Source: Octopus sinensis | Lineage: Eukaryota | DNA length: 64,000 nt | Assembly: GCF_006345805.1 (NCBI RefSeq) | Contig: NC_043014.1 | Location: 38,068,001 to 38,132,000 of the forward strand | Direction: 5' to 3' | Shown here: positions 38,726-53,784 of the stretch, in pieces | How positions within the stretch are numbered: the first letter of the stretch is position 1 | Layout: each line of letters starts with the position of its first letter | Notes under the pieces: generated by a model | What the model was told of the DNA's origin: nothing | What the model saw: only the letters and a program-made list of their open reading frames with translations | Database searches by the model: none | Position numbers and translations under genes: made by a program

Positions 38726-39292
38726 TTAAGTATTTCTTTCAGCTATTATTCAGAGTTCATTTCTGATATACAATTTCAACTCGAAACGTATCTGTCAATA
38801 TATAGATTGTAAAAGGACCTCGGGCTGCAGTGTCTAGTCACTTCGTTCCCGAGTGAATATGAAATCATCTATGAAAGTGGAATTTAGATTTTGAAAGTAA
38901 ATTTGGAACTGTTTTCTACATTATTCCACCATATACATGTTTCCTCTACCGCTCTCTGAACTTCTCTCGATCACCAACAGCTCTTAGACTATGTCTTAAC
39001 CTGAATTCAGGACATTTATAACACTTCACCTCTGTCTAAAAAGTCGTCGTCTTCACTGACTTTGCCAAACCTCCTTTCTTCCACTTTTTAAACATGAACT
39101 TTCTGTGAGCCATTTTCCTGCAACGAAAGGTGCCATAATAGCTGTCCTCTCTAATTCTAACGTCACACTGCGTCACATGATGTAAATCTCCTCAAAAACC
39201 GTCCCTTTCCACCCCAATACGCAGATTCACAAGTATGTACACTATAGTCTCCAAGTATGAGTGTATCTCCGATTTATTCAAATCAAGGCCAT

Positions 39293-39392
39293 NNNNNNNN
39301 NNNNNNNNNNNNNNNNNNNNNNNNNNNNNNNNNNNNNNNNNNNNNNNNNNNNNNNNNNNNNNNNNNNNNNNNNNNNNNNNNNNNNNNNNNNN
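39293..39392. other. Assembly gap (100 N)
   Basis: Run of N; contiguity across it is not shown by the sequence. Confidence 1.
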
Positions 39393-39436
39393 ATAATAAT
39401 AATAAGAATAATAAGATGATGATGATGATGAGGATG

Positions 39437-39468
<32 letters not shown>

Positions 39469-39529
39469 CATAATAATAATAATGATATAATAATAATAAT
39501 AATAAAATATAATTATAATAATAATAATG

Positions 39530-39562
<33 letters not shown>

Positions 39563-39937
39563 TAATAATAATAATAATATAATAATAGCTACAGGTTTAA
39601 GTAAGAATACATAAATTCGTTTTGATCAGTATTTGTGTGCTTAACTTTCGATCAAGCAGGATGAAAGACAAATACAGAAAAGAAAATGGCGGTTGGGTGG
39701 GGGTGAGAGTGGGAGTTTTGAATGAAAGGAAAAGGAAAATGGGGAAATAGTGAAAGATGATTTAGAAAGGGGTCAAAATTTAAAAAAAGTATATATATAT
39801 ATATATATACATATATATACATATATATATGCATATATATGTATATATACATACCTATATACATATATATACAAATATATATGTTGTATTACGTGTTTCC
39901 CTTTCACTCTCTCTGTGTCTCTCTCTGTCTCTCTCTG

Positions 39938-39978
<41 letters not shown>

Positions 39979-40196
39979 GAATATATGAATATGTGATGTA
40001 TGTTGCCACCTGCTGAGTAAAGGTTGACTTGTAAGGTGAGTTTAAATCTTCTCAAACAACACATTTTTTTAAAGGTGACAAACCCCTACGAAAGGTACTT
40101 AGAAAGTAAAATAACATAAATTATATACATAATATAAAATATACAAAAATAAAAATGACTAACTAATTCCCGGTGCGGTACGATTTATATATATAC

Positions 40197-40279
<83 letters not shown>

Positions 40280-40736
40280 TATATATATACATATATATAT
40301 ACATATATATTCTTTGTGTGTGTTGTGTTTTCACTCTCTTCTTCCCAAGCTTCCTTTTGTGCAACACCCAGACTCTACCCAACTTAATAGGGGCCGGTTC
40401 TGAAACACCTCTGCTGTTGCCAATCTCCACCAAGTAGTGATTACTGTGTACAAGGATAAAATAACAAATATAAGCTTCATTGCACTACACTACACAGAAG
40501 CTCCACCACCACCACCAATACAAACACCGACACCAACGCCTCACATACAGTAAGTGTGTGTCTGTGTGTGTGTGTACACACGTCTCCTATGTTCTCCGAG
40601 TACGAACTTGACCGCGATAACAAAAAGTCCACAAAGTCAAAAACAATAATAATAATAACAGCGACAATAAGTGAATCTCGTAGGTTGGTAATTCTGCGTT
40701 TCACCTTCCGCGGATCCACTTGTTCGCGCGCGCGTG

Positions 40737-40796
<60 letters not shown>

Positions 40797-41012
40797 TGTG
40801 TGTGTGTGTCTGTGTCTGTGTGCGTGTGTAAGCATGTTGGTATGTATAAAGTACAATATATATATATTTGTGTGTCTGTATGTGTGTGTGTGTGTAAGCA
40901 TGTTAGTATGTATAAAGTACAATATATATATATATTTGTGTGTGTGTATGTGTATGTGTGTGTGTAAGCATGTTAGTATGTATAAAGTACAATATATATA
41001 TATTTGTGTGTC

Positions 41013-41053
<41 letters not shown>

Positions 41054-41403
41054 TGTGTGTGTGTGCGTGCGTGTGTATGTGTACACTTTACACAAGTTGA
41101 CACAAGGGAACATTGACAAAAATTCCTAATGTTAAAAGTTGAGGGTTTGTCTAAGGATTACATTTTCCTTTGTAAAAATGGCGTCCAACTACTTAACTGC
41201 CATGTTGGGCCGTTTACACAGGCTATTTTGACAGCTTTAGAAAAGATTGACTTTTTGGAAAAGTTGTGTGTACGCGCATTTTCATCGTTATTGTTTTTTG
41301 GGGGTTGTTATTTATTCAATTTCTTTTTGTAGTATTATGGTAGTTGTTATTGCTGTAGCTGTTATTGGTATAGTTGTTATTGACGTTATCATTATTGTTG
41401 TTG

Positions 41404-41440
<37 letters not shown>

Positions 41441-41848
41441 TCTTTTTACTTGTTTCAGTCATTTGACTGCGGCCATGCTGGTGCACTGCCTTTAGTCGAG
41501 GAAATCGACACCGGAACTTATTCTTTGTAAGCCCAGTACTTATTCTATCGGTCTCTTTTGCCGAACCGCTAAGTAACGGGGACGTAAACACACCAGCATC
41601 GGTTGTCAGGCAATGCTAGGGGGACAAACACAGACACACAAACACACACATACATATATATATATATACATATATACGACAGGCTTCTTTCAGTTTCCGT
41701 CTACCAAATCCACTCACAAGGCATTGGTCGGCCCGGGGCTATAGCAGAAGGCACTTGCCCAAGATGCCACGCAGTGGGACTGAACCCGGAACCATGTGGT
41801 TGGTTAGCAAGCTATTTACCACACAGCCACTCCTACGCCTATTATTAT

Positions 41849-41901
<53 letters not shown>

Positions 41902-42122
41902 TAATTATTATTTATTTTTCTTTTATTTGTTTCAGTCATTTGACTGTGTACATGCTAGAGCACCGCATTTTAGTCGAGCAAATCGACCCCAGGACTTATT
42001 CTTTGTAAGCCTAGTACTTATTCCATCGGTCTCTCTTGCCGAACCACTATGTGATGAGGACGTAAACACACCAGCATCGGTTGTCAAGCGATGTTGGGGA
42101 GACAAACACAGACACACAAACT

Positions 42123-42178
<56 letters not shown>

Positions 42179-42357
42179 CGACGGGCTTCTTTCAGTTTCC
42201 GTCTAACAAATCCACACACAAGGCTTTGGTCGGCTCGAGGCTATAGTAGAAGACACTTGCCCAAATATATTAATATTTAGCTGAAGCAACAGTTTCGTGC
42301 GTTGGCACTTATATATGTATTTTTTCCTGTCGTTGTTTACGTATTAAACTCATTTGG

Positions 42358-42682
42358 ATGTGAGGGCGCGTGGCTTAGTGGTTAGGGCATTCGGCTCATG
42401 ATCGTAAGGTTGTGAGTTCGATTACCGGCGACGCGTTGTGTCCTTGAGCAAGACACTTTATTTCACGTTGCTCCAGTCCACTCAGCTGGCAAAAATGAGT
42501 GGTACTTGTATTTCAAAGGGTCAGCCTTGTCACTCTCTGTGTCACGCTGATTATCCCCGAGAACTACGTTAAGGGTACACGTGTCTGTGGAATGCTCAGC
42601 CATTTGCACGTTAATTTCACGAGCAAGCTGTTCCGTTGATCGTATCAGCTGGGACCCTCGTCGTCGTAACCGGCGGAGTCTT
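42358..42682 (+). mobile_element. tRNA-derived SINE, head B + tail 1
   Basis: 13-bp TSD taaactcatttgg (42345-57, 42683-95). Confidence 0.9.
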
Positions 42683-42737
42683 TAAACTCATTTGGTATTG
42701 TATTTCATGTTGTTTCCCGTTGGTGACGTCCTGTACT

Positions 42738-42771
<34 letters not shown>

Positions 42772-42798
42772 TATATATACATACATATATATCATATA

Positions 42799-43000
<202 letters not shown>

Positions 43001-43564
43001 ATTCTTGCTCATTTTCGCCTGGCGTGCTAACGTTTCTGCCAGCTCACCGCCTTATGAAAATAGAAAAGTTGATCTCGGCTGTTTTTAAACAGAGAACGTA
43101 GAGGACAGACTGTAGCAGAATAATATAATATGTTCTCCCGATTCTGTCAATCTTGTTGCCCTTGGGTGAATAAAACAATATTTGATGACGAAACCAAAAA
43201 TAATAATAATAAAAAGCATCAGTCAAATACAGAGTCGATTCAATCAACGATTCCAATAAGAAAATGTACTGCCTTAAGCCAGAGTTACAAATCAATATTT
43301 TTCTCTCGCCACGTATTTGATTCTACTTCAATATTTCCATATTAAATGCATTTCCCTTAACTTACACTGCACATCATAGACAGTTGGTGAATTATTTTTA
43401 AACTATTAACTTTCTCTATGACAGCAAGCGTACATTCTGTATTGTTACTTAGTGACTCGTTTGCTAATAATACCCCAACAAGGGATGGTCATTGGTCTTT
43501 TTTAAGGGTAAAGTTTCAGCTGTATGAGCCAGTGAGAAATGAAAACTATTATAAATTCATTTTG

Positions 43565-44135
43565 AAGGCGGCGAGCTGGCAGAATCGTTAGCGCGCTGGA
43601 TGAAATGCTTAGTGGTATTTCGCCTGCCGTTACGTTCTGAGTTCGAATTCCGCCGAGGTCGACTTTGCCTTTCATCCTTTCGGGGCCGATAAATTAAGTA
43701 CCAGTTACGCACTGGGGTCCATGTAATCGACTTAATCCGTTTGTCTGTCCTTGTTTGTCCTCTCTGTGTTTAGCCCCTTGTAAAGAAATAGGTATTTCGT
43801 CTGCCGTTACGTTCTGAGTTCAAATTCCGCCGAGGTCGACTTTGCCTTTCATCCTGTCGGGGTCGATAAATTAAGTACCAGTTACTCACTGGGGTCGATG
43901 TAATCGACTTAATCCGTTTGTCTGTCCTTGTTTGTCCTCTCTGTGTTTAGCCCCTTGTTGGAAGTAAAGAAATAGGTATTTCGCCTGTCGCTACGATCTG
44001 AGTTCAAATTACACCGAGGTCGACTTTGCCTTTCGTCCTTTCGAGGTCGATAAAATAAGCACCAGTTGAACACTGGAGTCGATGTAATCAACTCACCCCT
44101 CCCCAAAAATTGCTGCTCTTGTGGCAAAGCTTGAA
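43565..44135 (+). mobile_element. SINE-C with internal ~178-bp tandem repetition (three partial units)
   Basis: aaagaaataggtatttcg...gtcgactttgcctttc recurs at about 43783 and 43967. Confidence 0.85.
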
Positions 44136-44156
44136 ACCATTATGAATTCCTTTTAA

Positions 44157-44305
44157 GGGTGAGTCTCGAAGGCTACCTGCAGGACACCACCCGATTCGGG
44201 TTCGCGTCCCGAAGGTAACCGTCCACCTGTTTTTCCGCCTTGGGTTTTTAAACCCAGTGTAATACATGCTTTTAGATGAAGCTGTATCCATTTCAAGATT
44301 CACCC
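44157..44305. mobile_element. Kolobok-like 149-bp MITE
   Basis: TTAA on both sides (44153-56, 44306-09); TIR gggtgagtctcgaa / ttcaagattcaccc with purine-start termini. Confidence 0.55.
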
Positions 44306-44633
44306 TTAAAAATGATTTATTTCACACCCCTTGAAGCTTCTACATTTTCATGATGTAACACTATCTTATTAAACATTGAGCAATATTTTTTTTCTATTGC
44401 ATATTCTTTATTGCTCTTAACTTTTAATAATGTTCGAAGCGTTAAATATATTTTCATCCATTATAAGGTTTAATCTAGTTAGAAAACCGGATTATAGGTT
44501 GACTATATTATTGACCTAAGCTAAAAAAAAACACTATGATATTGCTGCTGTTACTGTTTTCTGCCTTTTTTTCTTGGTTTTCTATTATTATTTTATAGCA
44601 AAGAAGCCGAAATCTTGATAGTATGATGTATAT

Positions 44634-44936
44634 CACCGTGATCGACAAGGCTATCAGATGCTGCTACACATCGCCGGTCACAATGCGCTACGCATTGTTT
44701 TAGCCTTCAAATTACGCCACCCCGCTGGTTAAGCGAGCACGCCAACAGAAGCAAGAATGAGAGAAAGTTGTGGCGAAAGAGTATAGCAGGGATCACCACT
44801 ACACCCTGTCGGAGCATCGTGGAGCTTTAGGTGTTTTCGCTCAATAAACACTCACAACGCCCGGTCTGGGTATCGAAACCACGATCCTATAACCGCGAGT
44901 CCGTTGCCCTAACCACTGGGCCATTGCGCCTCCACG
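44634..44936 (-). mobile_element. tRNA-derived SINE, head A + tail 2
   Basis: 10-bp TSD tgatgtatat (44624-33, 44937-46); a tail-2 fragment also at about 45770-45872. Confidence 0.85.
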
Positions 44937-45300
44937 TGATGTATATATTCGAAACAAATTCATCAATGTCACATTATATTAAACTGATATTGTCTTGCTT
45001 GCGCTATTTTTGTACAAGCTGAATTGTAACTATCCCCACCAAACCTGCTGTCTTTTGTGGTGTTATTACATCTCCTTGCTTGGCAGTAACATAGATATTA
45101 ATAATAGATTAAGAGAGGGATACTTAGAGGGTATTACATTTCATTTCTGAGTGATACAAGCAGAAAATGATTGATTTTCTCTAAGTGCGAAACAATACAT
45201 CCTTGGAAAATGCGATAGAAAAATCTCCTATACTTTGTACAGCCATTTGATTGTTGCTAGTGAGGTTAGATAGACGATAATGGTGTTTTCATGTAGCTTA

Positions 45301-45644
45301 TGTGTTACCGTTTATATATAACTTAACATCAGGTTTTGAACCTGTGTAGACTGTGCGTTTGGTGTTGAAGTGTTTGCCAACCTATAACATGTGGGACGTT
45401 TTTTGCCGCACTCTGTATGTGTGTATGTATGTATATATATATATAATATATATATATATATATAATATATATATATATAGATATATATATATTATATATA
45501 TATGTATATATATATATATACATACATACACACATACAGAGTGGCAAAAAACGTCCCACATGTTATAGGTTGGCAAACACTTCAACACCAAACGCACAGT
45601 CTACACAGGTTCAAAACCTGATGTTAAGTTATATATAAACGGTA

Positions 45645-45649
<5 letters not shown>
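45301..45649. repeat. Inverted duplication centred on a (TA)n tract
   Basis: About 135-bp arms, identical except for a 2-nt indel. Confidence 0.95.
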
Positions 45650-45731
<82 letters not shown>

Positions 45732-46104
45732 GTATGTATGTATGTATATATATATATATATCATTTCACTTGACCGACTAGGCCATCAGATGTTGCTACA
45801 CGTCGCCGGTCACAATGCGCTTCGCATTGTTTTAGCCTTCAACGACGCCACCCCGCTGGCTAAGCGAGCAGGCCATATATATATATATATGTATGTGTGT
45901 TGTGTGTGTGTCAACGCACGAAACTCTCGGACTCTGAGTCACGTTATTACTTCTGCTAAATATTAATAAAAATATACATATGCTCATTTTGAGTTTCCTG
46001 TTTGCATCAGCACACACACACACACACACACACATATAGATAGATAGAGACACACATATACATACATATATGTATGTATGTGTGTACGTATATATATATT
46101 ATAT

Positions 46105-46148
<44 letters not shown>

Positions 46149-46371
46149 GTTAATCCAAACATGAAAACACAAAGAGAAAACACAACAACGTGAGGACGTG
46201 GAATAAGTATAGTATCATTGGACGCTCAAGAAAGAAAGAATATATATGGTGAAGTCCATGTTCCTTCCAGGGACATTAGTCGCTTACGAGTAACGAAGCG
46301 ACATCAACTGCTCGTCGAAAATGGGTCGCTGCCTAGGCCTTACCAGAAGTCATGTTACATTACGACGTTCA

Positions 46372-46751
46372 TCTCTCTATATATAAACGGCAGTTTGTCT
46401 GTGTGCGTCTGTGTGTCTGTTAGGTTGTACCCTCACCCTGACCACGGCTTTCAACCGATTCTGATGAAACTTGATACACACATAGCCCAATGTCATAATT
46501 CAGAACTAACGCAGCGAAAATTTTGAAAAGTTCCCCCAGTTCTGAAAAAAAATTGATAATTTCGACACGGGGTCGAGAATCAGAAACACAAACCACAGAC
46601 TGTCTAGGGGACGAACTCGACCTTTTTAACTAAAAAAAAATTTACCATAATTTTTTTCCCATTTTTTTGCTATTTTTTGGCTATAACTCTCTAAAAATGC
46701 TTTATAGTTATTTCCCTTACAAACCCGAGCAACGCCGGGCGATACTGCTAG
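46372..46751 (+). mobile_element. Helitron-like non-autonomous element, family 1
   Basis: A|TC...cccgagcaacgccggg...CTAG|T. Confidence 0.8.
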
Positions 46752-47447
46752 TCATTGATAAATGCAATGATTCTTAACTTCAGCGTTAGCGTCACTTTGT
46801 TGATGTATTGAGCTCACAAGGGATGGGGGAAATTTCAAGGTAGTATTATGGAGGGAAGGGGGATGCATGTTTAGAGGAGTCATGGCTTTTCCTTAGAATT
46901 AGAATATTTAAATCAAGTACTATTTAAACACATTTAATGGTTGAAAAACACTTAAAGCTACAAGCTGGTAGAATCGTTACCGCGCCGGAAAAAAATACTT
47001 AATGACATTTTTCCCGATTTTACGTTCTGAGTTCAAAAGCCACCGGAGTCGACTATGCCTTCATTCCTTTCGGGGGGTCGATAAAATAAGATCCATATGA
47101 ACGCTGACGCCGATGTATCAAAACCTGCAAGCAATATCTTAAATACACTTTCAGAGTACATTTTGAACATCTTTCTAAATAATTAGAACCACATTTTATC
47201 AGACAGTAAAAAGGGATTTTTTACACACACAAATGTCTTATATTTTGCCTGTTCAGTCATTAGATTACGACCATGCTAGAGCAATGTCTTGAAATTTTTA
47301 ACCGAACAGATCAATCCAATAATTATTTTTGTTAAGTTCGATATTTATTTTATCATTTCTTTTGCAAAGCCGCTAAGTTATATACATCCAGACATATACA
47401 CACGCACGCACACACACACACACACACACACGCACACACACACACAT

Positions 47448-47486
<39 letters not shown>

Positions 47487-47897
47487 TATGCTCGACGGGC
47501 TTTGACACATTTTGTATCTATCAAATTCTCTCACATACCAGGCTTTGCATACATGCATGGATGTATGAATCTATGCACGTATGTATCTATGTATCTATGT
47601 ATATACGTATGTGGGTATGTGTTTGATAGCTGAAATGTGTATTCTGTGACAGGCGTCAGCAGAAGTGGATAATTCCAAAATATTCTCTTCACAAATAATG
47701 TAACAAAACAATATTCAAAAATACAAAGATTCCTTTGTATGAATGTGTTTTTCGTTATGATTTATTTAAGTTCTTCCTGACAGAAATCAAGCCAGTCAAT
47801 GTATGTATGTAAGTATGTACGAATGTATGCACGTGTATGCATGTTACATATATCCTTATATTTGTGTGCCTTCGTATATTTCTACATATGTATACAT

Positions 47898-47935
<38 letters not shown>

Positions 47936-48399
47936 TGTGTGTGTGTGTGTGTGATTGTGAGTGTGTGTATATTTGGGTGTCTATAAATCAGTACGTTCCT
48001 GTGTCTGTATATGTGTCTCTGTGTTATAGAATTTATATGCTGTTAAAAAAATCCAATTCAAGTACAAATAAATAGAGCTACATAGCTTTATAATTCTCGC
48101 TATACGACCGACGGTATTTATTTTTGTTTATTCGTATTTTGATTCATTTTTATTTATTTATTTTAATTATTTATTTTATTTGCCGAGTAAACCTTAAAAC
48201 TGAAAAGAAAAAAAAACTAGGAAAAAAGCCCTAGTTAAATAAGAAAACAGCGAAATAAATTTAGATTTTTTTTCTCGACAATAAACACACGTTTTCGGTG
48301 AGATTATTTCATTCCAATGTCAGAAACGTAATACCTACTAAAATTATTCCACATTACGTCTATGCATATGTATAAACGTATGTATGGAGATATATACAC

Positions 48400-49260
48400 A
48401 CGGACTTACATTTATACATGTGTGCGTGCGAATGGGTGTACATGAGTGTATATATATATGCACACATAACACACTTGCATATACATGAATACTTTTGTGT
48501 ATTGATGCACGCTATGTCTTAGTGTGTATGTAGCTGTGACCAAATCTACATGTTTGTGTGAGTGTAGATGTATGTGTATATGTACAAATATAAGCATATC
48601 CTCATAGATATGTGAACGTAAATGTTTTGGAATAAACATGTACGCCATGTGTATATATGTACATATACACATTTACATATAGATTTATACATGTATGTAT
48701 GTTTGTCAAATCTATGTTTGTGTGAGTGTAGAAGTATGTGTATATGTGTATATACATTCTTCTAAACTTACACACAGACATATGTAATTGTAAGTGTACA
48801 TGTAAATGTCCATATGTGTATGTGTACTTGTGTACATATACACATATACACATATACACATATACACATATACACATATACACATATACACATATACACA
48901 TATACGCGTATCCATAGATTTACTCGTGAAAGTTTTGTGGGTAAACATGCACACGATGTGTATGCATATACATATACGCATATGCGTATACACATATACA
49001 TTTACATGTGTATATAATTATATATTTGTATGCTAATGAATGTTCATGCCGTATGTCTATGGGAGTGTAAGTGTATGTGCATGTGTATACATAAATACAC
49101 ATTTACATGTGAATGTTTTGGGGTAAATATGCACGCCATATGTACAAATATCTGTAAGTGTAGAAGCATGTATGTATATGTCTGCAAACATACATGCACA
49201 TATACACTCTATAATCGCATTTGTATGCAAGTGTACGCACATGTTTATGTAAGTAGATGC
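48400..49260. repeat. Degenerate microsatellite-derived minisatellite, with (ACATATAC)n at about 48832-48900
   Basis: tgtgagtgtag...gtatgtgtatatg and gtaaacatgcacacg-like blocks recur three times. Confidence 0.6.
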
Positions 49261-49314
49261 ATGTGTGTATGCGTGTGCATGTGTGAGTGTCTGTGCATGG
49301 TGGTGGTGGTGGTG

Positions 49315-49346
<32 letters not shown>

Positions 49347-49579
49347 TGGTGGAGGTTTTCGTCGTAATGAGGGGGTCTTTTTCGTTAGTGTATGTATGTG
49401 TGAATATATGGATATGTGTATATGTGTTTACCTGTGTATGTGTTTATGTGTCTAATGTATGTATATGTGTGTGTCTATGTGTATGTATGTGTGTGCATAA
49501 ATGATCGTGTGAGTGAGCCTGTGCGTATGTGTGAATATATGAGCGATATTGTGCATATGTATGAGTGCGTATATGTATA

Positions 49580-49991
49580 CTAGCAGCTAAGCCCGGTTTC
49601 ACCCGGTCTATTTAGATGATGTGGCCGTGATCGTTTTCGGTTAGGCATAATCTATAACAGCGTTTGTCAACCTTATCATTTCGGGTTTCCTGTTTCGATT
49701 GGAGCCTCCAAATATATGAAAATTTCCTGACCCCCTACCCCGTCAGAAAACAGCTTCTAAGCAACTGGTTGTTTTAATGGCAGAAGAAAGAGGGGAAATT
49801 CCATTAGTAAAAGTTTCAATCGATTTTCTCGGTAAGTATGGGGGTTAGGAAAAAATGCAAACCGCATTCCAATCTATGTACCTGTCTCCATATGTGTGCC
49901 ATTTTTCGTGCGAATCCACCCAGCTGTTTGGCTGTGAACCTCAAGACAAGAAAGAATATAACGATCGCCCATGTCCAATTTATAATATAGA
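49580..49991 (-). mobile_element. Helitron-like non-autonomous element, family 4
   Basis: Reverse strand: A|tctatattataaa ... ccgggtgaaaccggg ... gCTAG|T. Confidence 0.75.
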
Positions 49992-50769
49992 TAATGTATG
50001 TGTGTGTGAATGTGTATTATTGTGTAAGTACCTGTATGTTTTTTTTTTGATAAGCTCTAGTTAATACTTATATAACAGACATACGAGCAAAGGCGTTCAA
50101 ATGGTGACCATCACGCCTTTTTACCTCTGTTCAGGACCAAATATCTATTGTGTCCTTTTTGAAAAGCAGTAGAATGAAATTTAAGAGTTTTGCCTGTTAT
50201 TTTTTGGAGAACTTTGTATATGGGATGTGTGTGTTTGTGTGTGTGTATTTGCTTGTGCGTATGTCTGTGTGTGCGTGTGCGTGTTTGTGTATGTCTTTGT
50301 ATGTGAGGAGGATGTGTGTGTGTTTGTGTGTGTGTATTTGTTTGTGCGTATGTCTGTGTGTGCGTGTGCGTGTTTGTGTATGTCTTTGTATGTGAGGAGG
50401 ATGTGTGTGTGTTTGTGTGTGCGAGTGGCCGTGTGTGTGAGTGGTTGCAGTCCAATAGGTTCATCTAGTAACAGATGGAGTTCTTATTTTCTCGTTTTGA
50501 GTGTATAGTTGTATGTATACGTGCTCGTGTGTACGTTTCTGCCTATATTTGTTTGTGTGTGTCTGTGTGTCAGTGTGTGGATGTATGTATATGTGTTCAT
50601 ATGTGTGTATTTGTGTGTGTGTTTATATGTGTATGTTTGCGTGTTTGTACGATTGTACGGATGTATGTGTGTGAATGTATGTGTGTCTCGCTGGAGAAGA
50701 GACACCATTGTTTATTCTTTTTTTCATGAACACTAGTTTACCCTTGTTTTCCAAATCATTGTTATTATC

Positions 50770-50863
<94 letters not shown>

Positions 50864-50921
50864 ACATCATCACTAATATTATCATTATTATTATCATTAT
50901 TATTATCATCATCATCATCAT

Positions 50922-50956
<35 letters not shown>

Positions 50957-51620
50957 TATATTATTATTATTATTATTAACATCATCATCGTCATCATCAT
51001 CATCACTATTATTATTATTATTATTATTATAATTATTATCATCATCATTATTATTATTATTATTATTGAGTGAGAGAGCAGTGCATGCCATCAAAGTGAC
51101 ACTGGGGTAAAATATACGAAGCCCAATATACCCATCATGACTACCCGTCTGATAAAGGTACACCAGGCACATGCATCACAACCATATGTGCGCGACATGG
51201 TGATCTCATATCAAGATAAACAGCACATGACCTTGCAGGTGGGGCCCAGTTAGAATTTTCTTCAAGTTGAGTAGCCCATCCCGCTCAAACGGTCCCTGAA
51301 TAAGGGTTGTTTAAGGATGTTGAAAGAACCACCCATGTTTCCAGAGGTGAACTATTCAAAACCCAAAGCATCCCTCTCAACACATGGCTATGATGCTCCC
51401 CCACTACTTCTGCTCGTGATCAGAGATGCACATATCGTCAGCCACTAAGGGACATGCTCAACTGGTTAAGGTCAAACAACTGACAAGCAAATCTGTGGTA
51501 TTGAGCAGAATATTTGATGTAGCCCATCTTTTATACCAAGACAAAACAATGTACATGATAACACTTCCAATCAGTTAAGATCAGAAGCCATGAGAGCCAC
51601 TGCCTGGTACTGCATCAGGG

Positions 51621-51687
<67 letters not shown>

Positions 51688-52189
51688 CTTCTACTTCTCG
51701 TTTCTTTCATTCTTTCTATCTTTTCTCTGTCTATCTTTTTTACTATTTCGCCGTTGTCCTTATTCTTGTTTATTTGTTCTTCTGACGCCACCCCTCCTCT
51801 CCACACACCATTGTCCTAGTGGCAGCAAAATAAACCTTCTTTATTATCAATACATATGCTGCTTCTTGCTGTTGCTACTGCTGCTGCTGCTGGTGGCGCT
51901 GCTGCCGTGGAGCTCAGAGATATAACAGTGTCACAAAAGACAGACAAGATGGCGCACGATTGGTACAGCACAAACTAGTACGAACATAAAGAGTTTACTC
52001 TGTATGGCAAATCAACGTCAGTTTCTGTTTAAAAAATGGTAGTGCTGATGAATTTGTTTCGAATAAATATATTATACATACATACATACATACATACATA
52101 CATACATACATACATACATACATACACACACACTCATATGTATACGTATATATATTCGTATAAGTATAAATATCTATATATCTATACCT

Positions 52190-52232
<43 letters not shown>

Positions 52233-52308
52233 CACGTATACATACATATATATATATATACGTATGTATATATATATACGTATACATACATATATATATA
52301 TACGTATG

Positions 52309-52342
<34 letters not shown>

Positions 52343-52639
52343 CGTATCTGTGTGTGTATGTGTCTATATACATGTATATATATATAAATATGTATAATAT
52401 ATATCTATATTATATATATACACTCACACACACACACACACATATACGCGAATACTTTTTATACATATGTTAGGTTCCTATGGTAACGTAATTTTGTTTA
52501 ACGGCTTAGAGTTTAATTTCACTTCATAATTTGAAACTGACTTGAAAGTATGTATATTTTTTCTCCTTATGTTATCTTGTTACTTATGATATTCTGGTTA
52601 CTTATGAAGTATTTTATATATCGTATTATGTGTAGTAAT

Positions 52640-53752
52640 GTTGTTTTTCTTTTGAGTGTTTATGTATGTGTGAATGTGTGTGTGTGTGCGTATTTTAGTT
52701 GTATAATTTATTTATCTGTATGAGTGTGGGTGTGAAAATATTGTTGTATATATCGAGTTTAGTAAGTATGTATATGTGTATATGTGAGGGGGTATACGTA
52801 TATGTTGTGTGTGTGTGTTTTACGTATGTATATTTGTGTGTGAATGTGTATATGGGTTTGCTATATAGGTGTAATTGTGTATGGTAGGGGGAGAGCGTAT
52901 TGTTGTGTATGTCGGGTTTGGTACGTATGTATATGGGTATGTGGGGGGGTGTACGTATGTGTTGTGTGTGTGTGTTTTGCGTATGTGTGTTTGTGTGTGG
53001 ATGTATATATGGAGATTGCTATGTGGGTGTAATTGTGTATGGTGGGGGGAGTTTTGTCATTGTATGTGTGTGGGTTTCATTTGTCATGGTGGTTTGTTGG
53101 TGATTTGTGGTAGGTTCTGTATATTTGGGTTGATTATGTATTGTTCTTGTGTATGCAATTGTATACATGCATGATTGGTATGCGTGGGATTGCGCCCATT
53201 TTTGGGGATGTATGTGTTTATTTGTCTGTGTGGGGTGGGAGTGGGTTTTTGGTGTATATATTGAGGTTTATACGTATGTATAGGTATGTGTGAGTGAGGT
53301 GGGTATTTGTATATGTCGTGGGTGTGTGGTTTACGTGTGTGTATTTGTGTGTGAATGTATAGGTTAGGGGGATTGCTATATGTGTAATTTATTTATCTGT
53401 ATGAGTGTGGGTGTGAAAATATTGTTGGATATATCGAGTTTAGTAAGTATGTATATGTATATGTGAGGGGGTATACGTATATGTTGTGTGTGTGTGTTTT
53501 ACGTATGTATATTTGTGTGTGAATGTGTATATGGGATTGCTATATAGGTGTAATTGTGTATGGTAGGGGGAGTTTTATCATTATATGTATGTGGGTTTCA
53601 TTTATCATGATGGTTTATTGGTGTTTTGTAGTAGATTCTGTATATTTAAGTTGATTATATATTATTCCATTCATAATTTAAAAAAAAAAAACGTTCGATC
53701 ACCACGTGCAAAGAATTGTTTATTTTGCTTTTGAGTGTTTATGTATGTGTGA

Positions 53753-53784
<32 letters not shown>

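Noticed and set aside
38930-39292. Possible gag zinc-knuckle remnant (VKCYKC) on the minus strand
   Set aside because: CCHC spacing incomplete, no LTR or pol evidence, truncated by the gap.
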